Positions 25,980 to 36,759 of a DNA stretch of 64,000 nt are shown here, piece by piece (the first letter of the stretch is position 1; every line of letters starts with the position of its first letter). The notes under the pieces are model-generated. The model ran no database searches and was not told where the DNA came from. It was given only the letters and a program-made list of their open reading frames with translations. The stretch comes from Geosiphon pyriformis uo1 (Eukaryota > Fungi > Glomeromycota). The stretch spans positions 628,715 to 692,714 of the forward strand of contig JAAOMT010000664.1 in assembly GCA_016748015.1 (NCBI GenBank), written 5' to 3'. A program made the position numbers and the translations under genes.

Positions 25980-26262
25980 ACATAAAGCTTATAAAGAAAA
26001 CAACTTCAAAAATACAAGTGAAAATTTTGGACATTATATAATTAAATATCCCAAAAGTTTTAACTATTACATAAAAAACCAAAACTCTTATATAAAAATT
26101 TGATCTTTTGAATACAAAACTTATTTTAATTTAGGTATTATATACTTTATCTACAAAAAACTTTACCAAATTAATTAGTTTTAAATTAAACAAAACTCTT
26201 TAATTAAACTATTTTTTAAATAGCTTGATTTTGTTAAAGCTTAATTTTTTTAAAGAGAATAA

Positions 26263-26934
26263 TCTTATGATTAAAAATCATAGTTTTTATTAGTTATTAC
26301 ATATATTAGCCACTAATATTACATAATTAGCCATTTTATTTTTAGATAGTAATTATTAATCTAATTATTAACCTAATTATTAAGTTGATTAATAACTTAA
26401 TTGTTAACTATTTTTAATAGCTATATAAACAATAAGTTTTTTAATTATAACAGTATCAATGATTGAATATAAAAAAAAAAATAACAATTATTATTTTAAT
26501 TTTTCTTATATTACTTATTTCTCTTTTTTTATTTTTAAGTATCTAAACATCTTAGAATAAAAAATTACTTGTTGGCATTTTTTTTATTCTTTTTTTAATT
26601 CATATAATTGTAGTATTTGAAAATTATTAAATAAAATATAATTAAAAAGCATATTTAATATCTAATATTGAATTCTAAAAATGCTAATATAAAGCATAAA
26701 ATTATACCAGTGTGTTATTATTTGTTAACAGTACAGACTATCTCTTTATCTTCAAATTTTCTGGTTATTTTTTAAAAAAAATAGCAATTAAGATATTTTA
26801 TAAGCTGATTTTATATATTGAATTCATAATTATTTAATTAACTTCTTAAAGTTGAATTTCTTTTGATCTATTCTATTATTATACAATTCTGGTTTTTTTT
26901 GCTATTTGTTAATTTGTTATTCCAACCTATAATA
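26263..26934 (+). repeat. B0 3' LTR (decayed)
   Basis: Homology to B1/B2 LTRs, including ~5 eroded 12-bp units; ends CCTATAATA (from CCTGTAACA). Confidence 0.85.
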
Positions 26935-28104
26935 ATAATATTAATTAAGTTATAACATATTATTTTATAATAAAAAATTATAATTAAAATAATATTATTA
27001 TATTTTGCTAATAAGTATAATTATTAATAATTTTTTATAATAAAAACCATATATAATTAATTAGAATATTTTATGTTTATATTAAGTATATTATTGTTTA
27101 TTTTAAGATAAAAAAGTTTTAAAAAAATATTTTTTACATAATTTTAATATTTAAAAATGTAAATTTGTATTAAATAAATCTAATATTATTGTTTTATATT
27201 TAAGTATAAACAAATTAAACATATTATAACAAAATATAATTTTAATAATAAGTTTTTTAATTATATTAAAAAAAATATAATTATGCTTATTAAATAATAA
27301 CTAATACATATATATATTAAAAAACAGATTTTTATTGCTTATTTTTTTTTAATAAAAAACTTAAATACAGATTGCTAAAAATATTTTTTCTTAATTTTTA
27401 TTTGGTATTTTTTTTAATATTAATTATTTACAAATATTAAATTTTTTTAGCAGTTTTAAAAAATATAAAACTAAAATTTACTGGTTTAAAATATAGTTTT
27501 GTTTATTTTATAAAAAGTTAAAAAAAAATTAAGTAAATAATATAGTAATAAAAAAAGTTTAAATATGTTTATTAATAGTAAAACTACTAATAATTAAAAA
27601 TTACTAAAATTTAAAAAGTTAAAATTAAATATAATAATATTATTATTAAGTTTAATAATAAAAATAAACAATTTTGTTTTGTTTTTAAACATAATAAACT
27701 ATTATTTCAATAATTAATTTAATTTAAAAATTTATAACATATAATATAAATAATTTTGCAAAACAAAAAAACATTATAAAATAATATAAAATTATATTCA
27801 ATTTGATTTTAATTATTATTATAATTAAATTAAAAAACAAATTTAAACTGTAAATAATAAACATATTTAATAGTATTTATATTTTTATGTTAAATATATA
27901 TATAAAATTTTTAAAGTAACTAAAAAACTTTTATTAATTAAAATATTTTTTAAAAATAAGTTTTTTGTAATAATTTTAAGACTTTATGTTAATGTTTTTG
28001 TAAAACCAAAGCAAATATAAGTAAATAAAATCAATTTTTTAATAATTAAGATTAAATAATTTTAAATAATAAAATAATAATTTTAATAAAAATAATATTA
28101 ATAT

Positions 28105-28847
28105 TGTTACGAGTTGGAGTAACAAGCTAATGGATAGCAAGGGAGAACAGAATTGTAGGGTAGAAATAATCAAAAGGAATCTCAACTTTAAAGAGTGAAT
28201 TAAATAAGTATGGATTTAATGTGTGAGATCAGTCTCATAAAATATCTCAATTGCTATACTTTTCAAAAATAACCGGGGAATTTAAAGGTAGAGGGATAGT
28301 CCATACTGTCAACAAATAATTATACTGATATAATTTTATGCCTTATGTCAGCGCTCTTAGAATTCAATATCAAGTATCAAATGTGCTTTTCAGTCACATT
28401 TTATTCAATAATCTTCAAATACTTCATTTAATCGTTTCAGGAAAAGGCAGATAAACACCAACAAGAGATCTTTTATCTTTAAGATGTTCAGATACTTGAA
28501 GATAGAGAAAGAGAAATTAGCGATAAGAGAATGTTTGAGATGAAAGTTGTTTTATTATATTTCTTTGATTGTTGGGAACATACTTTTCTACAGCTAAGAG
28601 ACTCATTGTTTATATAGCTATGAAAAGTGGTTAACAATCAGGTCAATGATCAGGTCAATGATCAGATCAATGATCAGGTCAACGGTCAGGTCATTGATCA
28701 AGTCAATGATCAGATCAATGATTAGGTTAACAGTTAGGTCATTGATCAGGTCAATAATTACTATCTAAAAATAGATTGGCTAATTATATGACATCAGTGG
28801 CTAATACATGTGATAACTAATAAAAACTATGAGTTTCAACTGTAACA
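28105..28847 (-). repeat. B1 3' LTR
   Basis: TGTTAC...GTAACA; direct repeat of 35147-35860. Confidence 0.95.
28629..28760. repeat. 11 tandem 12-bp units GGTCAATGATCA in U3, just upstream of a TATATAA box on the minus strand
   Basis: Counted directly. 9 units at 35667-35773, 2 at 37290-37313, 3 at 44786-44821. Confidence 0.9.
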
Positions 28848-29473
28848 TCATCCTCTTCAAAGAGATTAAGCTCTGGCAAAATCAAACTATTTATAAAATA
28901 TTCTAATTGAAGGGTTTTATCTAACTTAAAACTAACTAGTTTGTTAAAATTTTTTGTGAATAAAGTGTATAGTACTTGAGGCAAAATGAGCTTTGTATTC
29001 AAGAGACCAAACCTTTGTATAAGAATTTTGGCTCTTCTGGCAATGGTCAAAACTCTTGAGACATTCAACCATATAATGTCCAAAATTTCTACTTGTATCT
29101 CTGAAGTTGTTTTTTTCATGAGCTTTATGTCTTCTATGATTTCACCAAGACAACCATAGAGCTCTAGTTGTATTCCATATGACAAGTTTTTGTCTATGGA
29201 CAAGATTTCTTTAATCATTTTTTCAATTGTGATGAAAGGTACAAGTATTGTTGCTGTTATGCTTTTCAACAGATATTTATCTATTTTGCTACCAATTTTT
29301 TCTCTTCTGGTAGTTGTTTTCTTTGGTCTGATAACAGTATGTGTTCTACTGTTGTCAGTTATTGTAGTTTGTTTTCCAATGGTTAGAGTAGCATTTGGAT
29401 GGTTTTTAATCCAATACTCATAAAGAATATAGAAAGCATTTTGAATGTTTTGATCCAGAAAATAATTGTTTAT
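28817..29473 (-). pseudogene. B1 ORF3, unknown helical protein (218 aa; start ATG>ATA), runs 31 nt into the 3' LTR
   Basis: Stop-free frame 28817..29569. B2 has ATG at the homologous position 38026 and the same 657-nt length. Confidence 0.8.
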
Positions 29474-29514
29474 GTCAATTGAAGATACCTCTGTTTTGGG
29501 AATGGTGCATTTAT

Positions 29515-30828
29515 TTATACTTGGTTTTTGCTGATCATTTGGATCAGTATTACCACAACTGGTAACCAATTAGGTTGTTTGTGATATTTCTTGAGTTGCA
29601 TGCCATGAACAGAATGATCATTAAAGATTGTTCTGGATTGATCTTGAAGAATATAAGAACCATTGTTCAAAACTTTGTTGACTATAAAGGGATCTTTCTA
29701 CTGGCTAGAGAATTTATTACCATAGACATTGTTTCTGTCTGAGCAGTATTCCAAAACTAAGTCACCAATACTTAAAGAAAGTGTTTTATAAGTTTTCTTC
29801 TTTTTAAGCTTTTCTTGGAACTGTTTTATCTTTTCAAAGGCAATTATTCATGCTTCTACAAGTGAGTCAAGAATGGTACCAAGTCTCCTTTGCAAAATGT
29901 CTTTGTAATTCTCTATTGTGATCTTTTCAAAAGATATTGTCTCAATATCAGTTTCTATTGATAGTGTTGCCATTTGTCTATAGAGCAAATAAAAAGGTTC
30001 ATAACTTGTTATGTCATGATTCACAGTTCTATAAGCAAACAAAGCTGAAGGCAGTACTTTGTCCCATAAGTTTGTTTCTTCACTTGTTTTGGCTAAAATT
30101 TTACACAGTGTTCTATTAAAACGTTTTACTAGATCATTTGTTTGGAGGTAATAAGGAGAGGAAAGTTTGTGACATATTTCCATTTTTCTACAAAGTTTTT
30201 CAACCAGTGTACTGAGAAAAGCTCTTCTTCTATTAGATAAAAGTTCTTTGGAGCAGCCATGGCAACAAATAATATCTTCATAAATGAAATTAGCAATGGA
30301 AATTGCTGTTTGATCTGGGGTGGCTCTTGCTTCTACCCACTTTGTAAGATAGTCAGTAGCTGTAATAATATATCTATTGCCATCAGGAGTTACTGTTAAT
30401 AATCCAACAACATCTATACCAATTCTGTCAAAGGATTGGCCAACAGAGATTGGATAGATGTCTTCTTTGTGATTGGATTTTCCTCTTCTTTGGCAAGTAT
30501 CACAGGTTTTGATGTACTCAGCAATGTCTTTTTCCAAGATAGGCCAATAATAGCAAGCTAAGGTTTTCTGAATTGTTTTTGTTTTTTCAAAGTGTTCAGC
30601 TAATAGATCAGTGTGCATATTATAGATCACAATTTTTCTTTCTTCAAATTTTATGACTCTCTGGAGGTGGTCAGGATCTTTTCTGTTTCTTTTGTATAGT
30701 TGGTTCTAGCGAATCAAATAGAAATTTGATTGTTTGCACAAATGTTCTCTTTGTTGTCAATTGTATTTTGGTGGGTATTGTCTTTTATCCAAAAATTCCA
30801 TTAAGACAGAGTAGTTGTCCAAGTTCAT
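29515..30828 (-). pseudogene. B1 integrase, a separate ORF starting MNLDNYSVLMEFLD
   Basis: H..H..CDTCQ, GIDVVG, LVKRFN; C-terminus WLPVVVI; contains ORF 29848..30630. Confidence 0.9.
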
Positions 30829-30893
30829 TATTGTGTTTGGTTGTGAGAGAATTACTAATAATTAGGTTGGTTTGGTTTGAGGTAGTTGTACTG

Positions 30894-33553
30894 TCACTGG
30901 ATGATAAGTCTAGAGAAAGCATTAGCATTTTGATGATGTGCTTCTTTGTGATGTTTAATATCATAGTCGAATTCATCCAAGTGGAGTATCCAGTAAGTTA
31001 TTCTTTTATGTTCCAGCTTCTTTTTGTTGTATAACCAAACCAAAGCTTGGTGATCTGTTACTACCAGGAATTTGGCACCAAGAAGATATTTGTTCCAATA
31101 ACTAGTAGCCCATACTACTGCCAGGCATTCTTGTTCAGTCACTAAGTAGTTCTGCTCTGCTAGTGAGAGAGTTCTACTAGTATATGCTATGGCATGTTCT
31201 TTGCTATCTTCATCTTTCTGGAATAGAACAGCTCCAAGTCTATAGCCAGATGTATTAGTGTAGAGGATGAAAGGTTGATCTAGATTAGGTTGCTTCAGAA
31301 TTGGTTCAGTGACTAGTTTTTCCTTTAGAGTTTCAAAAGCTTTTTATTGGTGTGTGCCCTAATGATAGTTGATGTTTTTTCTGAGTAGCTGATTAAGTAG
31401 AGCAATAATAGAAAGCCAAACCAAGAAAAGAGTGTAGTTCATGAACATTCATTGGTTGTCTAATGTTCTGGACTTTTTCAACCTTAGCTGGATCAGGAAA
31501 AATTCCATCTTTTGTGATAAAATGACCAAGGAATTGGGTAGATTGTTTTTTAAAAAAAGATTTGATCAGATTAATCTTGAAACCTGCATTTCTGAGAAGA
31601 TTAAAAACCTTTTACAAATGTACAAAGTGTCATCCCAGGTTTTTGAGTACACCATTATATTGTCCAGATAGACCAAAACAAAGTTTTTTTTCACTGATTC
31701 AAATACTTTATTCATTAAGCATTGAAAGATGGGAGAGGCATTGGTGAGACCAAAAGGCATGACTGTAAATTCATAGGTACCATACTTGGTGATGAAGGCG
31801 GTTTTCTTCTGGCTTTTTGGATTCATCTCTATTTGCCAGAATTCAGCAGTTAGATTAATAGTTGAAAAGAAAGCAGCATCTTTAAATTGGTTCAGCATTG
31901 CATTAATCTTGGGAAGTAAGTACATGTCTTTTTTAGTGATGGCATTTAATTGGTAGTAATCAACACAGAAGTGTAAGGCTCCACCTTTTTTGAATACCAC
32001 TACAACTGGAAAAGCCCATTTACTCTTGGTTTTTTGTATGAATTCAAGTTCTTTCATCTGGTTTATCTCTTTCTTGATGAACTCATCATTGTGCCCATTG
32101 GATTGATATGACTTCAAATGGATGGGGTGAGTTTCTCTGGTGGTGATAGTGTGTTGTATCACATGGGTTTGTCCTGGGGTATCACTTTTTTTTGAGATAA
32201 CTGGGCTGTTTCTTACCAACAGATTTTCAATGTCTATTTTTCTTTCTTCTGGAGAGGGTTTTTTTGTTCTACAATTAGTGATTGGATCTTAAGTGGTTCA
32301 TTTTCAAAGAACTTTTGGATTTCTTTCAATTCTTCTCTAAGTATTAAACTGATTAGTTCCTAATCTTTGTAATAGATCAGACATAATTTGCATTCATCAT
32401 TTGGAGAATACAAAAGTTGGTTGTACTAGCACCAGGCACAAGGACCATGTCACTAATAATGGTACTTGGCTTTCTTGCTAGGCTTCCGGTCAAAAGTTCT
32501 TCTTAGGATATCATAGTAGGGCCAGCAGATCAGCTTGCCATTTACAATGATTCCTTTTTTGTCAGCTTTGATATTGTCCAATGGCTTGCCATTGCTGGTG
32601 AAGGTGGTATAAGCAAGTTCAGCAGTTTCTTCTTGTTCCTCTTGTTCTTTATTATTATCACTTTCTTTATCATCTGATTCCTCTGATTGTTCTTCTTCCT
32701 GATTCTGTTTTGGTATTGGAGGAATTGTCCAGTGGCAATACTTAACCACAATGGGCTTCTTACTATATCTAATAATTAGTTCACAAAGTTCATAGTTAAG
32801 TAATGCTTTGGCTTTCTTAAGCTATTCATTTCCAACAATAATAGTGTATTCCTTGGCTTCAAAAACTTCCATGTCAGTTTCAATGCTGATGCTATTGATA
32901 TGGACAGGAACAGCTTTGGCTATGCCCAGATCTTTTTTCTTGTCACCATGTACATTGGTCATTGGTCAGGTAAAAGATTCATCAATCTTTCTTCCAATTG
33001 CTTTCAAAAAGTGTTTGGCAATGACGCTAACAGATGATCTACTGTCCAGGATCAAGTCAATGAAATAGCCAGCCACTTGGGCTTTGCAAATTAATGGGGT
33101 GACATTGCTGTTGTCAGCAAGTTCAGCTTAGTGAAAGTGTTTATTGGTTTTTGGTGTTTTCTTCTTAGAAATTAGAGATTTGTGGAGATCTTTTCTGAAT
33201 TGTGGGTGGATTATTAGTTGGCCAAAGGTAATGTGTGCAGGAGTTTCTATGAGATCTTTGACAACAGAATAAAGTCTAGATTTTTGTACTATTTCTGGGG
33301 GTTCCAACTTTGAAGGATTTTTAAAGACTTTAGCCTTTGGTGGCTTATTATTATTAGCAGTTGATGTGGATAGTTTATTTGGATCTGAAATGAAATCAAC
33401 CTTGGCTTTCTTCTTCTTTCTTGTTAATTCTGAGGTGTTAATTGCTAGTTCATTCATGTCATGATCATTATCAGTTAAGTTAAAAGCATAAAAAGAGTTT
33501 TTTTCTGGTTGGCTTGCACTCTCATCTTTTGAAGGTGCACCTACCAGTTTAAA
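30894..33553 (-). pseudogene. pol: B1 pro-pol (protease, Cys-rich segment, RT, RNase H), ends AFSRLIIQ*
   Basis: LILDSRSS, MPFGLTNA, VYLDN, EQECLAVVWA, VTDHQAL. Confidence 0.9.
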
Positions 33554-35094
33554 GGCTGGTAAACTGTGGCTTCAACTAGGAGATCCTCTCCAAAGAAATT
33601 GATGTTGGCATGATTGGGTCTTTGATTGGGGGCATTGTTGTTATTGATTCTGTTGTTCTGGTTGTCATTGTTTCTAGGAACTGGAGGAGGCAAAAGAGGA
33701 TTGTTGCAATCTCTGGAGAAATGTTCAGTTAATTCACATCTATAACACACAGAAGGGCCATAATTTTGCTGTCTTTGATAAGAGGGTTGCCGGGACTGAT
33801 TAAAACGGTTTTCAAATCTGGGTCTTTGTGGTTGTTAGTTATCTCTGACTGCTTGGGCTAATGGTTCTAATAGCTGAACAAGATTTGCTGTAAGTCTATC
33901 TATTAATTGTTCATTTGAATCTTGTATCTGGGCAGCAAAAAAAATAGCAGCCATTTAAAGAGTAGGAGCCATAACAGAAGCAGGAGCAAAAACTGGAAGT
34001 GTGGATTCCAAATGCATTCTTTGGTTGTCTTCAATTCATTGGGCAAGTTCAATGGCCATGTCTATTGTAAGATTGTTTTTTAGGGCTAAGAAAGGCCAAA
34101 AAGCATAAGATAAATTGGTTCTCAATCCTTTTGTGAAGAAATGAATCTTTTGCTCTTCTGTCTAATTTCTTCCAGAGTCTACATGCTTGATTAACTTTCT
34201 GATTGCTTTAGCATATTCAGTTACAATTTCACCAGGGCCTTGAGTTCTTTTTTCTAATTCCATGTGCCACTTGGATATCAAGATTAGAGTTCTGAACTTG
34301 TTTTTCAACTGGGTTGTGAAAAAGGTGTTGTTTTCTCCAGCATTTGCTGGCATCCATCTAATAATTTTTTGATGGGCATTAGCATCAGTTTCCTGTGAGA
34401 ACCAGGTAGCAGGAGAGCCTTGAAGGTAGCCACCAACAATTTAAAACTTGTATTCATCATCGTATTGGTTGGCTGTAGCAGCTCTCTCAAAGTCATCCAA
34501 CCATTCAATTGGATCTTGGGCATCACCTCTGAATAATGGTAATGAGGTGTTGTTTCTTTGCCCTAAAGCAGTCTGTATATCTTGGAGGGCAATCAGAATG
34601 TTTTGTTGTAGAGGGTCTTGAGCCATTGGTTCAGATGTAACTGTTTGTATGAAGTGTTCTGATTCACTTGAAAAAAGATCAAAAACAGGAGTGGTTTGAT
34701 AGCTTTCTTCTTCTGTTTCAAGAGAAGTTTCTGTTGATTGATGGGCAACAATCTAAATGTAGATTTAATAATTCAGATATTCAAAATCAAGAGACTGTTG
34801 TTCAAAGGTTGCAGAATATAAAAGTTGATTAATACTGTTGTTTCTTTCTTCAAAGTCGTCTTCAAAATAAGCTTGGTCAAAGTAATAGATTGTATAAGCT
34901 GTGTAGGTTTCAGCTGAATGCTCATTCAAGAACCAGTTCCAAAAGTCTTGGAATTGTCTGCTGGATTGTTTTTTAATGGGAAAGCAAATCAAGCAGGAGG
35001 GCAAAGAATTGAGTTCAATAAAGTCTAGATTGTTTTTGTTGTGTGCTTTAAAGTGTTCTTTTAATTGTTATGGCAGATATGAATAATCACTCAT
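33541..35094 (-). pseudogene. gag: B1 gag with ~156-aa N-terminal extension, capsid and CCHC knuckle
   Basis: ATG 35094 is in frame with MAQDP (34626). Motifs DPIEWLDDFERAA and CYRCELTEHFSRDC. Confidence 0.85.
33547..33553 (-). promoter_or_regulatory. -1 ribosomal frameshift heptamer T TTA AAC at the gag/pol junction (also 42674-42680)
   Basis: Correct phase in gag; pol lies in the -1 frame in both copies; downstream GGTGCAC...GTGCAAGCC stem. Confidence 0.8.
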
Positions 35095-35122
35095 ATAATA
35101 GGAAACAAAGTGGATTTTGACA

Positions 35123-35140
35123 ATCTCACAGGGAGCACCA
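35123..35140 (-). promoter_or_regulatory. PBS, probably elongator tRNA-Met (TGGTGCTCCCTGTGAGAT; B2 copy 44250-44267)
   Basis: Complement resembles eukaryotic tRNA-eMet 3' ends (..ACCTCAC-7nt-ACCA), recalled rather than searched. 6-nt spacer to the LTR. Confidence 0.75.
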
Positions 35141-35146
35141 CTTTTA

Positions 35147-35860
35147 TGTTACAGGTTGGAGTAACAAGCTAATAGATAGCAAAGGAGAACAGGATTGTAG
35201 AGTGATGGAAATAATTAAAGAGAATCTCAACTTTAAAGAGTGAATTGAATAAGTATGGATTCAATATGTGAGATCAGTCTCATAAAATATCTCAGTCGCT
35301 ATACTTTTCAAAGGTAACCGGGGAATCTGAAGGTAGAGAGATAGTTCATACTGTCAACAAATAATCACACTAGTATAATTCTATGCCTCACATCAGCACT
35401 TTTAGAATTCAATATCAAGTATCAGATGTGCTTTTCAGTCATGTTTTATTTAATAATCTTCAAATACTTCATTTAATTGTTTTAGAAAAAGGCAGATAAA
35501 CACCAACAAGAGATCTTTTATCCAAAAGATGTTTAGATACTAGGGAAAAGGAAATTAGCAATAAGAGAATGTTTGAGATGAAAGTTGTTTTATTATATTT
35601 CTTTGATTATTAGGAACATACTTTTCTACAGCTAAGAGACTCATTGCTTATATAGCTATGAAAAGTGGTCAACAACCAGATCAATGATCAGGTCAAAATT
35701 AGGTCATTGATTAGGTCAATGATCAAGTCAATGATTAGGTCAATGGTTAAATCATTGATCAGGTCAATGATTACTATCTAAAAATAGATTGGCTAATTAT
35801 ATGACATCAATGGCTAATACATATAATAACTAATAAAAACTATGAGTTTCAACCATAACA
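35147..35860 (-). repeat. B1 5' LTR
   Basis: TGTTAC...ATAACA, adjacent to the PBS. Confidence 0.95.
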
Positions 35861-36019
35861 ATATTTTAAGTAAATATATTAAATTTATAATTTATAAATA
35901 AATACTATAATTTTATTATATTATTTAAAAGTACAAATATATTTAAAAGTTTTTGTAATAAAAATTTTTATATAAAAAACAAAAATTTAATATTAATAGT
36001 TTTTAATATTTTATGTTTT

Positions 36020-36759
36020 ATTTTTTTTTATTAATATTTTACAAATGAAACCCAAATGTTATCTAGTACAATACATCAAACTAAGTAATCTAAACTAAGT
36101 ATAAATTATGCACTTTTTACATATAATCAGTTACTCAGACTAATTAAAGCAACACTTCAAATTTATTTTAACAGACACTGTACTATTAACACCAGAAAAA
36201 AAACAACAAGGCCTATAAAAACCAAAGCTAATACCAAGCACTTCAGTAACACTAAGTAACTTAACAACTCCAATAAAAAACAAAGATAACAGACTATGGA
36301 TCTTAGACAACACCAAACTATTACTTATAATTAGGCTTTTTTTCTTCATGATTGTCTTATACTTGGCCTAAATCATCCATATATCAGTATAATGAACCAC
36401 TTCCAAATCTCAAACAAAATTTACAACATTCTTACTGGCAATTTTAATGTCATTAAAAATAGACAAGATCTCTAAAAACCAATCTTTGAACAAAAAACTC
36501 TTATACAAAATGATATAAACAATATTATCAAAAGCACACAAAGAAAGCATCTGCAAAACTTAAGATGAGACCATAAATCAAACCTGACAAAACATTTCAT
36601 TGAGACAAATAAGACCTAATTAGGTCTTTATAAACTCTAATGTTAAATGTATACACAAACAAATAGTTAGAACTTTTTACATTTTTACAATGAAAACACA
36701 ATACATTAATGTACTTTTTATCATACAAATATTTATGAACAGTAACCAGTAGATAATAG
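36020..36759 (-). mobile_element. LINE2 3' end (C-terminal zinc finger, 3' UTR, A tail), split by B2
   Basis: LYDKKYINVLCFHC continues the frame from 44913; ORF 36140..36349; homologous to 53367..54233. Confidence 0.8.

Larger units (their letters stand above)
18300..26934 (+). mobile_element. Gypsy family B copy B0 (oldest): pol from protease region to stop 20703, IN from 20770, ORF3, 3' LTR 26263-26934. Its 5' part is predicted left of the window.
   Basis: ORF 18311..18937 matches 42093..42584 and 33128..33457. The 3' LTR is a decayed reverse complement of 28105-28847. Confidence 0.9.
28105..35860 (-). mobile_element. Full-length Gypsy family B copy B1
   Basis: LTRs 28105-28847 and 35147-35860, TSD ATAT, PBS 35123-35140, PPT 28848-28858. 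Confidence 0.96.

Noticed and set aside
26935-28104. Ghost coding sequence in AT-rich tracts (also 51800-52900)
   Set aside because: Too eroded to assign by eye.
28629-28760. CRISPR-like array
   Set aside because: Head-to-tail 12-mers with no unique spacers, inside LTRs, and no cas genes.
35274-35334. Functional tRNA-Met gene
   Set aside because: No acceptor stem, D-arm or T-arm around the anticodon pieces; reported as a finding instead.
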